A stretch of DNA of 64,000 bases, taken from the sequence record CP132319.1. One strand, written 5' to 3'. This document shows positions 52,151 through 60,713 of this stretch, piece after piece. Within the stretch, counting starts at the first letter, position 1. Each line of letters starts with the position of its first letter. A program made the translations under genes and the position numbers. This DNA comes from a plasmid. Under the pieces are notes generated by a model. The model searched no databases. It was not told where the DNA came from and saw only the letters and a program-made list of their open reading frames with translations.

Positions 52151-52369
52151 CGCGCCGGACAGTCAGCCCACGGGTAAATTCTATCTAGTCGAGCGCGCTT
52201 CTCCGCGCGAGCAGCACACTCATTTGCGGAGATTGGCGCGCAGGTCGTTTCGGTGAGCGGCCTCGCAAGCATTGATCCCTACGTGTTTGATGCAGCGCAA
52301 AGTGATCATTCTGGATCTGCGCTAGATTTGCCCCCAGTTTCTACATTCAAGCAAACCGAAGGATGAGCC

Positions 52370-52801
52370 GTGGTGGCCGCCGGCGTGACAATGGTCAAGG
52401 CGTTCAGAAGGTCGCATAATTGGGCGACCGCCTTGCGGCGCGGGTTTATCCTTTTCTTCGCCATCGCGTTCGGGCTTACGGCGTTTCTCACAGATGGCGG
52501 GCATCAAGCGCGTGCTGCTTCAAGGGAGGGCATCCCGGCGCTCATGACTCAAGCTGGGGATTGTGCCGACCTCCTCGTGCGCATGCCCTGCGACAACGAT
52601 ACCCAACGCGGCGCCGAGCACCCGTGCGACAGCGGTCACTGCCTGTCGAGCCTCGGGTGCTTCCTCTGCGCTCCGCTGAACACGGCCTGGAGCTGGCGCA
52701 CGTTGAACGCCGAGACAGTCTCGCCGGCTGCATCGCCCGTGCCCTCATCCGCGGAGTTGCGTCGTCAGAAGCGACCTCCGCGATCCATCTTGGTCATCTG
52801 A
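52370..52801 (+). CDS. Small membrane-anchored Cys-rich protein (member 5 of the paralog family)
   Basis: TM (GFILFFAIAFGLTAFL); DCADLLVRMPCDNDTQRGAEHPCDSGHCLSSLGCFLCAP; C-terminal ...KRPPRSILVI. Confidence 0.45.
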   Translation: MVAAGVTMVKAFRRSHNWATALRRGFILFFAIAFGLTAFLTDGGHQARAASREGIPALMTQAGDCADLLVRMPCDNDTQRGAEHPCDSGHCLSSLGCFLCAPLNTAWSWRTLNAETVSPAASPVPSSAELRRQKRPPRSILVI

Positions 52802-53120
52802 GCACCTTCGGCCTGTTCTGTCCGTGTGCTCCAGCCGACCCGAGGACTGGCACAATGCCTTAGTCTTCCGACCGTGCGCGTCCCAGGCCGCCCAACGATA
52901 CGGCCGAGGAGACGAGCCGTTCTGCGTGACGCCGACGTGACATAGCCTCCAATCGTCGGCTGCCGGCGAGCCAGAAAGGGCCATGCACGGACCTTGCCGA
53001 AATCGGTAGGCAGCGGCACGCGAGGAAGTCTTCGGTATCCGCACGCCGGGCCACTTTTCAAACTCACCTCAAGATGTGCTCGAGCAGCCCGCAAGGCTGC
53101 GAGCCGAGGAGCTGAATACC

Positions 53121-54260
53121 ATGTTAAAGACCCACTCGACCCGTTCGATTTCCATCACCGCGGCAGTCCTGACAGCAACCGCGATTCGCAGACGTGCGGC
53201 CATGCTGGCCTTCGCGACGGCATCGGCCCTGGTGCTTGCTATTCCGTTCGCCGCCACCGTCCGAGCGGAGCCTGCTGCAACCGGCTTCGTCTATACGGCC
53301 GATGAATTTGGCAACACCGTTAGCCGCATCGACCTTGCCACGGAAAAGATCGACATCGTTCCGGTCCCGATCACGCCCCACAACGTGCAGTTCGTATCGG
53401 GAAAAGATTTGGTGCTGGCGGTGGGCCTGCCGGTCGCCGGCAAAGCTGAAGACGCTCATGCGTCCAATGGGGCTGGCCATGGCGGCGACGGACATGGTGA
53501 TGCCGCTGTCGCAGGCCAATTGATCGTCCTCGACGCGGCCGATATTTCCTCCGGCGTGAAGGCGTCGATCCCCGTGGGTGGGCATCCTGCGCATGTGATC
53601 GCAGACGCGCAAGGCAATCGCGCCTACGTCTCGAATTCCGAAGACGACAGCTTGTCGGTCGTTGATCTTGCCAAGGGCGAGGTCGTCGCCACGGTCGGCA
53701 CCGGCGACTACCCCCACGGCCTGCGGATGAGCCCGGATGGAAGCGCCATCTATGTCGCGAATGTCCAGGACGGTACTGTTTCGGTTATCGACACAACGGC
53801 GCTTTCGGAAGTTGCCAGGATCAAGGTAGGCGTTGCGCCCGTCCAGGTCGGCTTCACACCTGACGGAAAGCGGGTCTATGTCTCGCTGCGCGATGAAAAC
53901 AAGGTCGCCGTTATCGACACGCAGTCGCGCGAGGTGATCGCACGCATCAATGTCGGCCGTTCGCCCATCCAGGTTTACGCCACGCCTGATGGCCGGCTGG
54001 TTTACGTCGCGAACCAGGGAACCGAAACGGAGCCGGATGAGACGGTCTCGGTTATCGATGTCGTAGGCGGGAATGTCGTGAAGACCATCCAGACGGACAA
54101 GGGCGCTCACGGCGTGACGGTCGTTGCCGACGGAGCCTTTGTCTTCGTCACCAACATCGTGGCCGGGACCGTTTCCCAGATCGACGTCGGCAGCCAGTCC
54201 GTGGTCAAGACATATGCTGTCGGCAAGGGACCGAACGGCGTCACCTATCAGGCGCAGTGA
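53121..54260 (+). CDS. Secreted YVTN-family seven-bladed beta-propeller protein with a His/Gly-rich insert
   Basis: Repeated ...YV(S/A)N...D..vsviD... blades; RRR-containing signal (possibly Tat); insert AHASNGAGHGGDGHGDAA. Confidence 0.7.
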   Translation: MLKTHSTRSISITAAVLTATAIRRRAAMLAFATASALVLAIPFAATVRAEPAATGFVYTADEFGNTVSRIDLATEKIDIVPVPITPHNVQFVSGKDLVLAVGLPVAGKAEDAHASNGAGHGGDGHGDAAVAGQLIVLDAADISSGVKASIPVGGHPAHVIADAQGNRAYVSNSEDDSLSVVDLAKGEVVATVGTGDYPHGLRMSPDGSAIYVANVQDGTVSVIDTTALSEVARIKVGVAPVQVGFTPDGKRVYVSLRDENKVAVIDTQSREVIARINVGRSPIQVYATPDGRLVYVANQGTETEPDETVSVIDVVGGNVVKTIQTDKGAHGVTVVADGAFVFVTNIVAGTVSQIDVGSQSVVKTYAVGKGPNGVTYQAQ

Positions 54261-54381
54261 TGCAACGTCGGGGCGGCGCTTCGCCGCCCCGCACGACCTA
54301 AGCCTCAAACCTATGAGCAGGACGGCCGGCATGCAGGCTTCATCAATGGACAAAGGGTCGGCGAGGCTCTATTCTTTGCCC

Positions 54382-54732
54382 ATGCTTCGCGCGTTGCTTA
54401 TCATTGTTACAACCATCTCGCTTGCCGCTGCTTCTTTTGCCGTTCAAGCACACGAGACCCGCATGTCCGGGATGTTGGAACGCGCCGCGCTGACGCAGCA
54501 CATGGAGCAAGCCTCTTCTTCGATGGCCGCTTGCAGCGAAGGGAAATCCTGCAAAGCAGATGCCGGATTGTGCACCTTCGCCTGCGCCGGAATATCGGCC
54601 TGGCTTCCGGTTGTGCGTACTTCGGCAAAGCAAATCAGCTCGCGGCAAAAATATCCCTTCCCGCCGGATGCCGTCTTCGTTGCGGCAGCTCCCGGCCGGA
54701 ATGATCGCCCTCCTATATCGCGCCTCCTCTGA
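54382..54732 (+). CDS. Small membrane-anchored Cys-rich protein (member 6 of the paralog family), directly upstream of a multicopper oxidase gene
   Basis: TM (LLIIVTTISLAAASFA); CSEGKSCKADAGLCTFACAG; C-terminal ...DRPPISRLL. The start could also be the upstream Met at 54331 or 54346. Confidence 0.5.
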   Translation: MLRALLIIVTTISLAAASFAVQAHETRMSGMLERAALTQHMEQASSSMAACSEGKSCKADAGLCTFACAGISAWLPVVRTSAKQISSRQKYPFPPDAVFVAAAPGRNDRPPISRLL

Positions 54733-54807
54733 GCCTGCGGCGGGGCTGATCCCGCTGCGATCCATTTGGACCTTTCAGGCGGGACAGATCGTCCCGAGGT
54801 GACGAAT

Positions 54808-56292
54808 ATGACGACCTTTTCACGACGCGGCTTCCTCGCCGCCAGCGCAGCCATGCTTGCTGCATCCCATTTCCCCATCAGGGCCTACGGCCAGGACGCG
54901 GCTGCGATCCGCCTGGCCGCCACCAGCCGCACGCTCGATATAGACAATCGACCGGCCACCGTTTTCGGACTTGCTGGTCCCAACGGGCAGGGGCTGCTCC
55001 TCGATCCGGGCGAGCGATTTCGGGTGGATCTGACCAACGATCTCGCCGAGTCCACGATCATTCATTGGCACGGCCAGATTCCCCCGAACGCTCAGGACGG
55101 CGTCCCGGATATGCCGCAGCCGCTTCTTCAGCCCAGTGAAACGCGCAGCTTCGATTTCGCGCCCCAGCCCGGAACGCACTGGATGCACAGCCATGTGCCG
55201 ATCCAGGAAATGCGATTGCTCGCCGCGCCGCTGATCGTCCGGAGGGCAGAAGACCTATCCGCCGATCGGCAGGAAGTCGTCCTGTTCCTGCACGACTTCG
55301 CGTTCAAGACACCGGAAGAAGTGCTGGAAGAGATCACCAGCGCAAGCGCTGATGGACATGGCGCTGCCGGCATGTCACGCGCGATGCAAGGCATGAACCA
55401 TGGCGGCATGCCTGGAATGAACCAGGGCGAGGCCGGGGGAATGGGCTCGATGGCCATGGATATGGGTAACATGGCGATGGATCTCAACGACTACGACTGG
55501 GATGCCTATCTCGCCAATGACCGAACCCTGTCCGATCCCGATGTCGTTCAGGTCGAACGCGGCGGCCGGGTTCGCCTCCGTGTCATCAACGCAGCCGCAG
55601 CCACCGTTTTCTGGATCGACACGGGCGAAGCACAAGCCCGGCTCGTCGCCGTCGACGGGCATGAGGTCCAGCCGGTCGCGGGTTCGCGGTTCGGGCTGGC
55701 CATGGGGCAGCGTCTCGACCTGGAGATCGACCTTCCAAATGAGACCCGCGCATGGCCGATTCTGGCGCTCAGGGAGGGCGAACGTGAAAGGACCGGCATT
55801 ATTCTCGCCCCCGCGGGCGCCACGATCGACAGGATCGATTCCCTTTCAGCGAATGACGCCCCGGCCTTCGACACGGACTTGTCTCAGGAGTCACGGCTGG
55901 TCGCTGTCGACACGCTTGCCGCCCGTCCGGTGGATCGAAGCCACATGATCATGCTCGGCGGCTCGATGCAGCCCTATGTCTGGACTATCGACGGAGCACC
56001 ATGGGGCAAGCATCGGCCGGTTGCCGCAACGAGCGGCGATCGGGTGGAACTGATGTTCCACAATATGTCGATGATGGGGCACCCGATGCATCTGCATGGG
56101 CATGCATTCCAGGTTGTTGGCATCAACAGGCGACGCTTCGAAGGTGCGCGCCGCGATACCGTGTACATACCGCCGATGTCGATGGTCACTGTTGCCCTTG
56201 ATGCCGGCGAGGCCGCGAGCTGGATGTTGCATTGCCATCATATGCCGCATCTGGCCACCGGGATGATGACCGAGTTCAGGATCGCTGCATGA
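54808..56292 (+). CDS. copA: CopA/PcoA-type multicopper oxidase (paralog of 20110..21573) with Tat signal and Met/Gly-rich insert
   Basis: MTTFSRRGFLAASAAM Tat motif; HWHGQ, HPMHLHGHAFQVV, HCHHMPHLATGMM; Met-rich GMNHGGMPGMNQGEAGGMGSMAMDMGNMAMD. Confidence 0.85.
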   Translation: MTTFSRRGFLAASAAMLAASHFPIRAYGQDAAAIRLAATSRTLDIDNRPATVFGLAGPNGQGLLLDPGERFRVDLTNDLAESTIIHWHGQIPPNAQDGVPDMPQPLLQPSETRSFDFAPQPGTHWMHSHVPIQEMRLLAAPLIVRRAEDLSADRQEVVLFLHDFAFKTPEEVLEEITSASADGHGAAGMSRAMQGMNHGGMPGMNQGEAGGMGSMAMDMGNMAMDLNDYDWDAYLANDRTLSDPDVVQVERGGRVRLRVINAAAATVFWIDTGEAQARLVAVDGHEVQPVAGSRFGLAMGQRLDLEIDLPNETRAWPILALREGERERTGIILAPAGATIDRIDSLSANDAPAFDTDLSQESRLVAVDTLAARPVDRSHMIMLGGSMQPYVWTIDGAPWGKHRPVAATSGDRVELMFHNMSMMGHPMHLHGHAFQVVGINRRRFEGARRDTVYIPPMSMVTVALDAGEAASWMLHCHHMPHLATGMMTEFRIAA

Positions 56293-56723
56293 AACCGCTC
56301 TGGATCGCGGTCGCCGCAACTCTCCTGGCGGCGGCCGGTGCGATCTTGGTCGGAAAGGGACGGTCCGGTCAGGAGGCGAGCGATCGCATCGCCCTTGGCC
56401 GGGCAGTCTATCTAGCGAACTGTGCGAGCTGTCACGGCACGAAACTCGAAGGCCAGCCCGACTGGCGCAGCCCGGGCACGAGCGGCCGCCTTCCGGCGCC
56501 GCCGCATGACAAGACCGGTCACACCTGGCATCATTCGGACAGGCAGCTCCTCGCAATCATCACCGATGGGACCGCCGCGGTGGTTGGCGGTGGCTACGAG
56601 AGTGACATGCCCAGCTTTCGGGAGGCTCTGACCTCCGCCGAGATCGAGGCTGTCCTCGACTACATCAAGAGTACCTGGCCGCAACGAGAGGCAGACTACC
56701 AACGCCGCATCTCGAACGGCTGA
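56289..56723 (+). CDS. Class I c-type cytochrome (single CxxCH), translationally coupled to the MCO gene
   Basis: TM/signal then CASCHG; ATGA overlap with the MCO stop. Confidence 0.75.
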   Translation: MKPLWIAVAATLLAAAGAILVGKGRSGQEASDRIALGRAVYLANCASCHGTKLEGQPDWRSPGTSGRLPAPPHDKTGHTWHHSDRQLLAIITDGTAAVVGGGYESDMPSFREALTSAEIEAVLDYIKSTWPQREADYQRRISNG

Positions 56724-56864
56724 CACGCCGGAGGCCACGAAAACAATTTCGTGGCCCCACATCGCCATCGCGCGCCGCCCCACCACCACATTCATGCCGA
56801 CGGGTTCGGCAGTTGATGGCGGCAGAGAGGGTGTTCGGCGGCCTAAAGACATAAGGATTCACAA

Positions 56865-57296
56865 ATGAACAAGAGAAACGTCTTCGCTCTGCTCGTCGCC
56901 GCGGCAGCGGTTGCGGGCTTTGCGCTTTGGAATCGAACCGGATCGGAAGACGAAGCCAGAAGAGGAGTATCGGGCCAGGGGACGGCATTGTCGGTTGTCG
57001 TGCCTTCGTCATTGTCCGACACCGCAAAGATGGGAGAACGAGCTTTCAACGCCGTCTGTGCAGCGTGCCACGGCAAGAACGCGGCCGGAACCGATGCCGG
57101 CCCGCCGCTCATCCATCGGATATACGAACCTTCTCACCACGGAGACTACGCCTTTGAAATGGCCGTCGCCAACGGCGTGCGCGCGCATCACTGGAAATTC
57201 GGAAACATGCCTCCTCAGCCGGGTCTGACGAGGGCCGACGTCGCTACGATCGTGGCCTATGTGCGCGAGCTTCAGCGGGCGAACGGCATCAATTGA
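56865..57296 (+). CDS. Class I c-type cytochrome (single CxxCH)
   Basis: Signal peptide; CAACHG heme motif; distal Met in ...GNMPPQPG. Confidence 0.75.
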   Translation: MNKRNVFALLVAAAAVAGFALWNRTGSEDEARRGVSGQGTALSVVVPSSLSDTAKMGERAFNAVCAACHGKNAAGTDAGPPLIHRIYEPSHHGDYAFEMAVANGVRAHHWKFGNMPPQPGLTRADVATIVAYVRELQRANGIN

Positions 57297-57421
57297 GGAG
57301 CATTGGCGGCGAGATACCCTGCCAGACCTGTCGAGGCGGGTTTGAGGAAATCGGGCGGCTGCGAGTGGAGTTGTGGTGTGATAGGATGAGGCGGCCAAGT
57401 CGCCTATGGGAGGGGTGTGCA

Positions 57422-57790
57422 ATGCGAACTGGCATAACATGCGCATTTGTCGTTCTGGCTTTGCTGGTGTCGGCGTCAAATGCCCAAGAGGATCAGCCGT
57501 TTCATACGTCTTATTTCGCGGATGAAACGACCATCAGCCTGTCCGTGACCGTCGCGGCAACCTCTCTTGACCCGGAATATAATTTCGATGTGCAAGTCGC
57601 GCTCACGGAGCGCGGACCCGAGGGTCAGATCAGATTCATCGACCACAGCGCCCACCTTGCAAAGGTACGATGCGCCGCGCCGAAGGCCGTCATGATCGGC
57701 CAATCAGAGTTTATGCTGTCGGATTCGCCCGAGCCGGGGGATTGGAAGCAGGATCTCTGGCGCACCTTCTGCCTCCTGCCGGTCTCATGA
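57422..57790 (+). CDS. Small secreted protein of unknown function; paralog of 9057..9428
   Basis: Signal LALLVSASNAQ; shares ...QPFH..(E/Y)F.D...ISL...........(D/E)..F..DV.V.LTE..P.GQ......HLA.VRC.AP.AV..G..........P...DWK.DLW.T.C..PVS with the 9057 ORF. Confidence 0.6.
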   Translation: MRTGITCAFVVLALLVSASNAQEDQPFHTSYFADETTISLSVTVAATSLDPEYNFDVQVALTERGPEGQIRFIDHSAHLAKVRCAAPKAVMIGQSEFMLSDSPEPGDWKQDLWRTFCLLPVS

Positions 57791-57796
57791 GGAACG

Positions 57797-57822
57797 GGGC
57801 CGCGCTGCATCCAGCGCGGCCC
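57797..57822. terminator. Hairpin GGGCCGCGCTG-catc-CAGCGCGGCCC between convergent genes (candidate bidirectional terminator)
   Basis: 11-bp perfect stem read in the sequence. Confidence 0.45.
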
Positions 57823-57828
57823 TGTGCT

Positions 57829-58113
57829 TCACTTGACCTGGGTGACAGTCAGCTTTCCGTTGACGCGCTCGGCAACGAACTGGACCTTTGCGCCGACCTT
57901 GAGCTTTTCCAGCATCGCGTCATCAGCGACCTGGAATACCATCGTCATGGCCGGCATCTCGAGGTTCTTCAGCTCTTCATGGATGAGCGTGACCTTCTTC
58001 GCCTTCTCGTCCAGCTTCTTGACCGTGCCGCTGGTGAATTCCTGCGCGAAGGCGGCGGTGCCGAAGGCGAAGGCGACGGCGCCGGCGAGTGTGATTCTTG
58101 TGATAGCTTTCAT
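57829..58113 (-). CDS. cusF: CusF-like periplasmic Cu(I)-binding protein (second copy)
   Basis: Near-identical to 9520..9804 (…MPAMTMVFQVAD…KLTVTQVK). Confidence 0.8.
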   Translation of the reverse strand: MKAITRITLAGAVAFAFGTAAFAQEFTSGTVKKLDEKAKKVTLIHEELKNLEMPAMTMVFQVADDAMLEKLKVGAKVQFVAERVNGKLTVTQVK

Positions 58114-58131
58114 CGTCATTTCTGTTGCTCC

Positions 58132-58608
58132 TTATTTCTTCGCGACCGTGACGTCGCCGTGCATGCCGGAATCGTAGTGACCGGGAACGAGGCAGGCGAT
58201 CTTGAACACGCCGTCGTTGGTGAACTTCCAGACGATCTCGCCGGATTTTCCGGGCGCGAGGCGAATGGCGTTCGGATCCTCGTGTTCCATTTCCGGGAAT
58301 TTCTCCATCACGGCTTTGTGCTCCATGATCTTGTCTTCCTGGTCGAGCACGAATTCATGATCGACCTCGCCCGCATTCTTGATCGCGAAGCGAACGGTCT
58401 GGCCCTGGCGGACCTTGAAGGTGCTTGGTGTGAAGATCATCTTGCCGTCATCCGTTTCCTTCATCGTGACACGGATGGTCTGGGACGCCTTGGCCTTTTC
58501 ACCGGGTTCGCCAACGGCCATTTCGCCATGACCGCCCTCATGCGAACCGGATGCAAAAGCAGCGGTGGCAAACGTTGAGAGTAGCAGACCAACTAGAATG
58601 CGTTTCAT
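58132..58608 (-). CDS. Secreted cupredoxin (second copy)
   Basis: Homolog of 9822..10298 with the same C..H..M type-1 copper ligands. Confidence 0.8.
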   Translation of the reverse strand: MKRILVGLLLSTFATAAFASGSHEGGHGEMAVGEPGEKAKASQTIRVTMKETDDGKMIFTPSTFKVRQGQTVRFAIKNAGEVDHEFVLDQEDKIMEHKAVMEKFPEMEHEDPNAIRLAPGKSGEIVWKFTNDGVFKIACLVPGHYDSGMHGDVTVAKK

Positions 58609-58639
58609 AATCGTTTCCTTTATCGTTTCTGGGAGGAAG

Positions 58640-59962
58640 TTAACCGTGATTGGAATGGCCAGACGGAAGTTGTGTCTTGGCATCTTTCGCTTTGACAGGC
58701 TCGGGCAAGCTCCCGGTCCATTCCCACGCCTGCGTGCCGGGAGGGTTCTCGTACCAACCCGGATCGCTGTAGTCGTCCGCTGAGATACCCTCGCGGACCT
58801 TCACCACGGAGAACATGCCGCCCATTTCGATCGGGCCGTGGGGACCCCACCCGGTCATCATGGGGACGGTGTTCTCCGGTATTTCCATCGACATTTCGCC
58901 CATATCCGCCATGCCGGCCGTCCCCATGGGCATGTATTCGGGACGGATCTGCCTGATCTTTTTTGCAACCTCCTTCTTGTCGACCCCGATGAATGTCGGG
59001 ATCTCGTGACCCATGGCATTCATGGTGTGATGCGACTTGTGGCAATGGATCGCCCAGTCGCCGACGTACTTCGCGTCGAACTCGTAGGCGCGCATCGCAC
59101 CGACAGGGATGTCGATGCTGACCTCGGGCCAGCGCGCCTCCGGCCTGACCCAGCCGCCATCGGTGCAGGTCACCTCGAAATCGTAGCCGTGCATGTGGAT
59201 TGGATGGTTCGTCATCGTCAGGTTACCGACGCGAACACGAACCCTGTCGTTCTTGGAAACGACGAGCGGATCGATCCCTGGAAAGACGCGCGTGTTGAAC
59301 GTCCAGAGGTTGAAGTCGGTCATTTCCATGATCCGGGGCACGTATGTTCCCGGATCGATGTCATAGGCGCTGAGCAGGAAGACGAAATCCCGATCCACCG
59401 GCATGAACTTCGGGTCCCGGGGATGGATGACGAAGAAGCCCATCATCCCCATCGCCATCTGTACCATCTCGTCCGAGTGCGGGTGGTACATGAAGGTGCC
59501 GGATTTCACGAGATCGAACTCGTAAACGAAGGTCTTGCCAGAGGGGATGTGAGGCTGCGACAGCCCGCCAAGACCATCCATCCCCGACGGCAGGATCATA
59601 CCGTGCCAATGAATGGTCGTGTGCTCCGGCAGCTTGTTGGTCACGAAAATGCGAACCCGGTCGCCTTCGACTGCTTCGATGGTCGGACCCGGTGACTGGC
59701 CGTTGTACCCCCAAAGATATGCGGTCATGCCTTCGGCCATCTCCCGCTCCACCGGCTCGGCAACGAGGTGGAATTCCTTCACCCCGTTGTTCATTCGGAA
59801 CGGCAAGGTCCAACCGTTGAGGGTGACGACCGGATTGTAATCTGGGCCGACCGTCGGCTTTACCGGGGTTTGCGTGGCCGCCGAGTCCATGAGAGCGGCT
59901 TCCGGCAAGCCCATGTTGGACGTTTGCGCCCAGGTCTTACGATAACGCTGCAATGGTGGCAA
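58640..59962 (-). CDS. Multicopper oxidase, second copy of the 452-aa type, with its N-terminal Tat signal replaced by unrelated sequence (probably non-exported and non-functional)
   Basis: Homology to 10328..11686 begins at ...W(A/G)QTSNMGLPEA; upstream of it the reading frame encodes MPPLQRYRKT instead of the Tat signal; the junction lies at about 59945, next to parDE. Confidence 0.7.
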   Translation of the reverse strand: MPPLQRYRKTWAQTSNMGLPEAALMDSAATQTPVKPTVGPDYNPVVTLNGWTLPFRMNNGVKEFHLVAEPVEREMAEGMTAYLWGYNGQSPGPTIEAVEGDRVRIFVTNKLPEHTTIHWHGMILPSGMDGLGGLSQPHIPSGKTFVYEFDLVKSGTFMYHPHSDEMVQMAMGMMGFFVIHPRDPKFMPVDRDFVFLLSAYDIDPGTYVPRIMEMTDFNLWTFNTRVFPGIDPLVVSKNDRVRVRVGNLTMTNHPIHMHGYDFEVTCTDGGWVRPEARWPEVSIDIPVGAMRAYEFDAKYVGDWAIHCHKSHHTMNAMGHEIPTFIGVDKKEVAKKIRQIRPEYMPMGTAGMADMGEMSMEIPENTVPMMTGWGPHGPIEMGGMFSVVKVREGISADDYSDPGWYENPPGTQAWEWTGSLPEPVKAKDAKTQLPSGHSNHG

Positions 59963-60012
59963 CTAAACCACATATGTGCTAATGTGGGTCCGTCACTTCG
60001 GGAGTATGTGAA

Positions 60013-60264
60013 ATGAGCCGCTTGACGATCGACATAACGGACAAACAACATCAAAGCCTCAAAGCGCTAGCCGCTCTGCAGGGCAAGACAATCAAGCAGT
60101 ACGCACTTGAGCGCCTGTTTCCTGGCGACGTCGAGGGAGAACTGGCCTGGGAAGAGTTAAAGACGTTGATGAATACGCGCATCAGTGAGGGGCTCGCCGG
60201 AAAACTGTCGACCAAAACCGTAGGTGAGATCCTCGACGAGGAGATCGCCGAAGGTCGCGCTTGA
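60013..60264 (+). CDS. parD: ParD-family RHH antitoxin
   Basis: 83 aa; MSRLTIDITDKQHQSLKALAALQGKTIKQYALERL; overlaps parE. Confidence 0.75.
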   Translation: MSRLTIDITDKQHQSLKALAALQGKTIKQYALERLFPGDVEGELAWEELKTLMNTRISEGLAGKLSTKTVGEILDEEIAEGRA

Positions 60265-60563
60265 CGGCTTACATCCTGACCGCAGAGGCAGAATCCGATC
60301 TTCGCTCGGTAATCCGTTACACACGGACACAATGGAGTGCCGCCCAGGTACGTCACTACGTCTCGGCTTTGGAGCGAGGAATGGAGGACATTGCCGCGGG
60401 CAAAGTTCCCTTCAAGGATCTGAGCGCACTCTATCCGGCGCTGCGGATGGCGCGATGCCAGCACCACTACTTCTTCTGTCTGCCTCGAGAACATGCGCCC
60501 GCTCTCATCGTAGCGATTCTTCACGAACGAATGGATCTCATGAGGCGTTGGCTGACCGTCTAA
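60261..60563 (+). CDS. parE: ParE/RelE-family toxin
   Basis: 100 aa; ...ILTAEAESDLRSVIRYT...HYFFCLPR...ILHERMDL; 4-nt overlap with parD. Confidence 0.75.
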   Translation: MTAYILTAEAESDLRSVIRYTRTQWSAAQVRHYVSALERGMEDIAAGKVPFKDLSALYPALRMARCQHHYFFCLPREHAPALIVAILHERMDLMRRWLTV

Positions 60564-60713
60564 ACGAGTGATGTTTTCACGACGGGAGGAACTCCTGCGC
60601 GCGTGCTAGATAAGCCCTTGTCTTCGAGCGATCAAAAAGGTGTCGTCGGTTCGGATCCCTTCAAGAGCAGCGAATCTGACGCTTCGAGTGGCGTGATGAG
60701 ATTTTTTAAGAGA

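Noticed and set aside
53124-54353. 409-aa minus-strand ORF
   Set aside because: It is antisense to the YVTN beta-propeller gene, which has clear repeat structure and a signal peptide.
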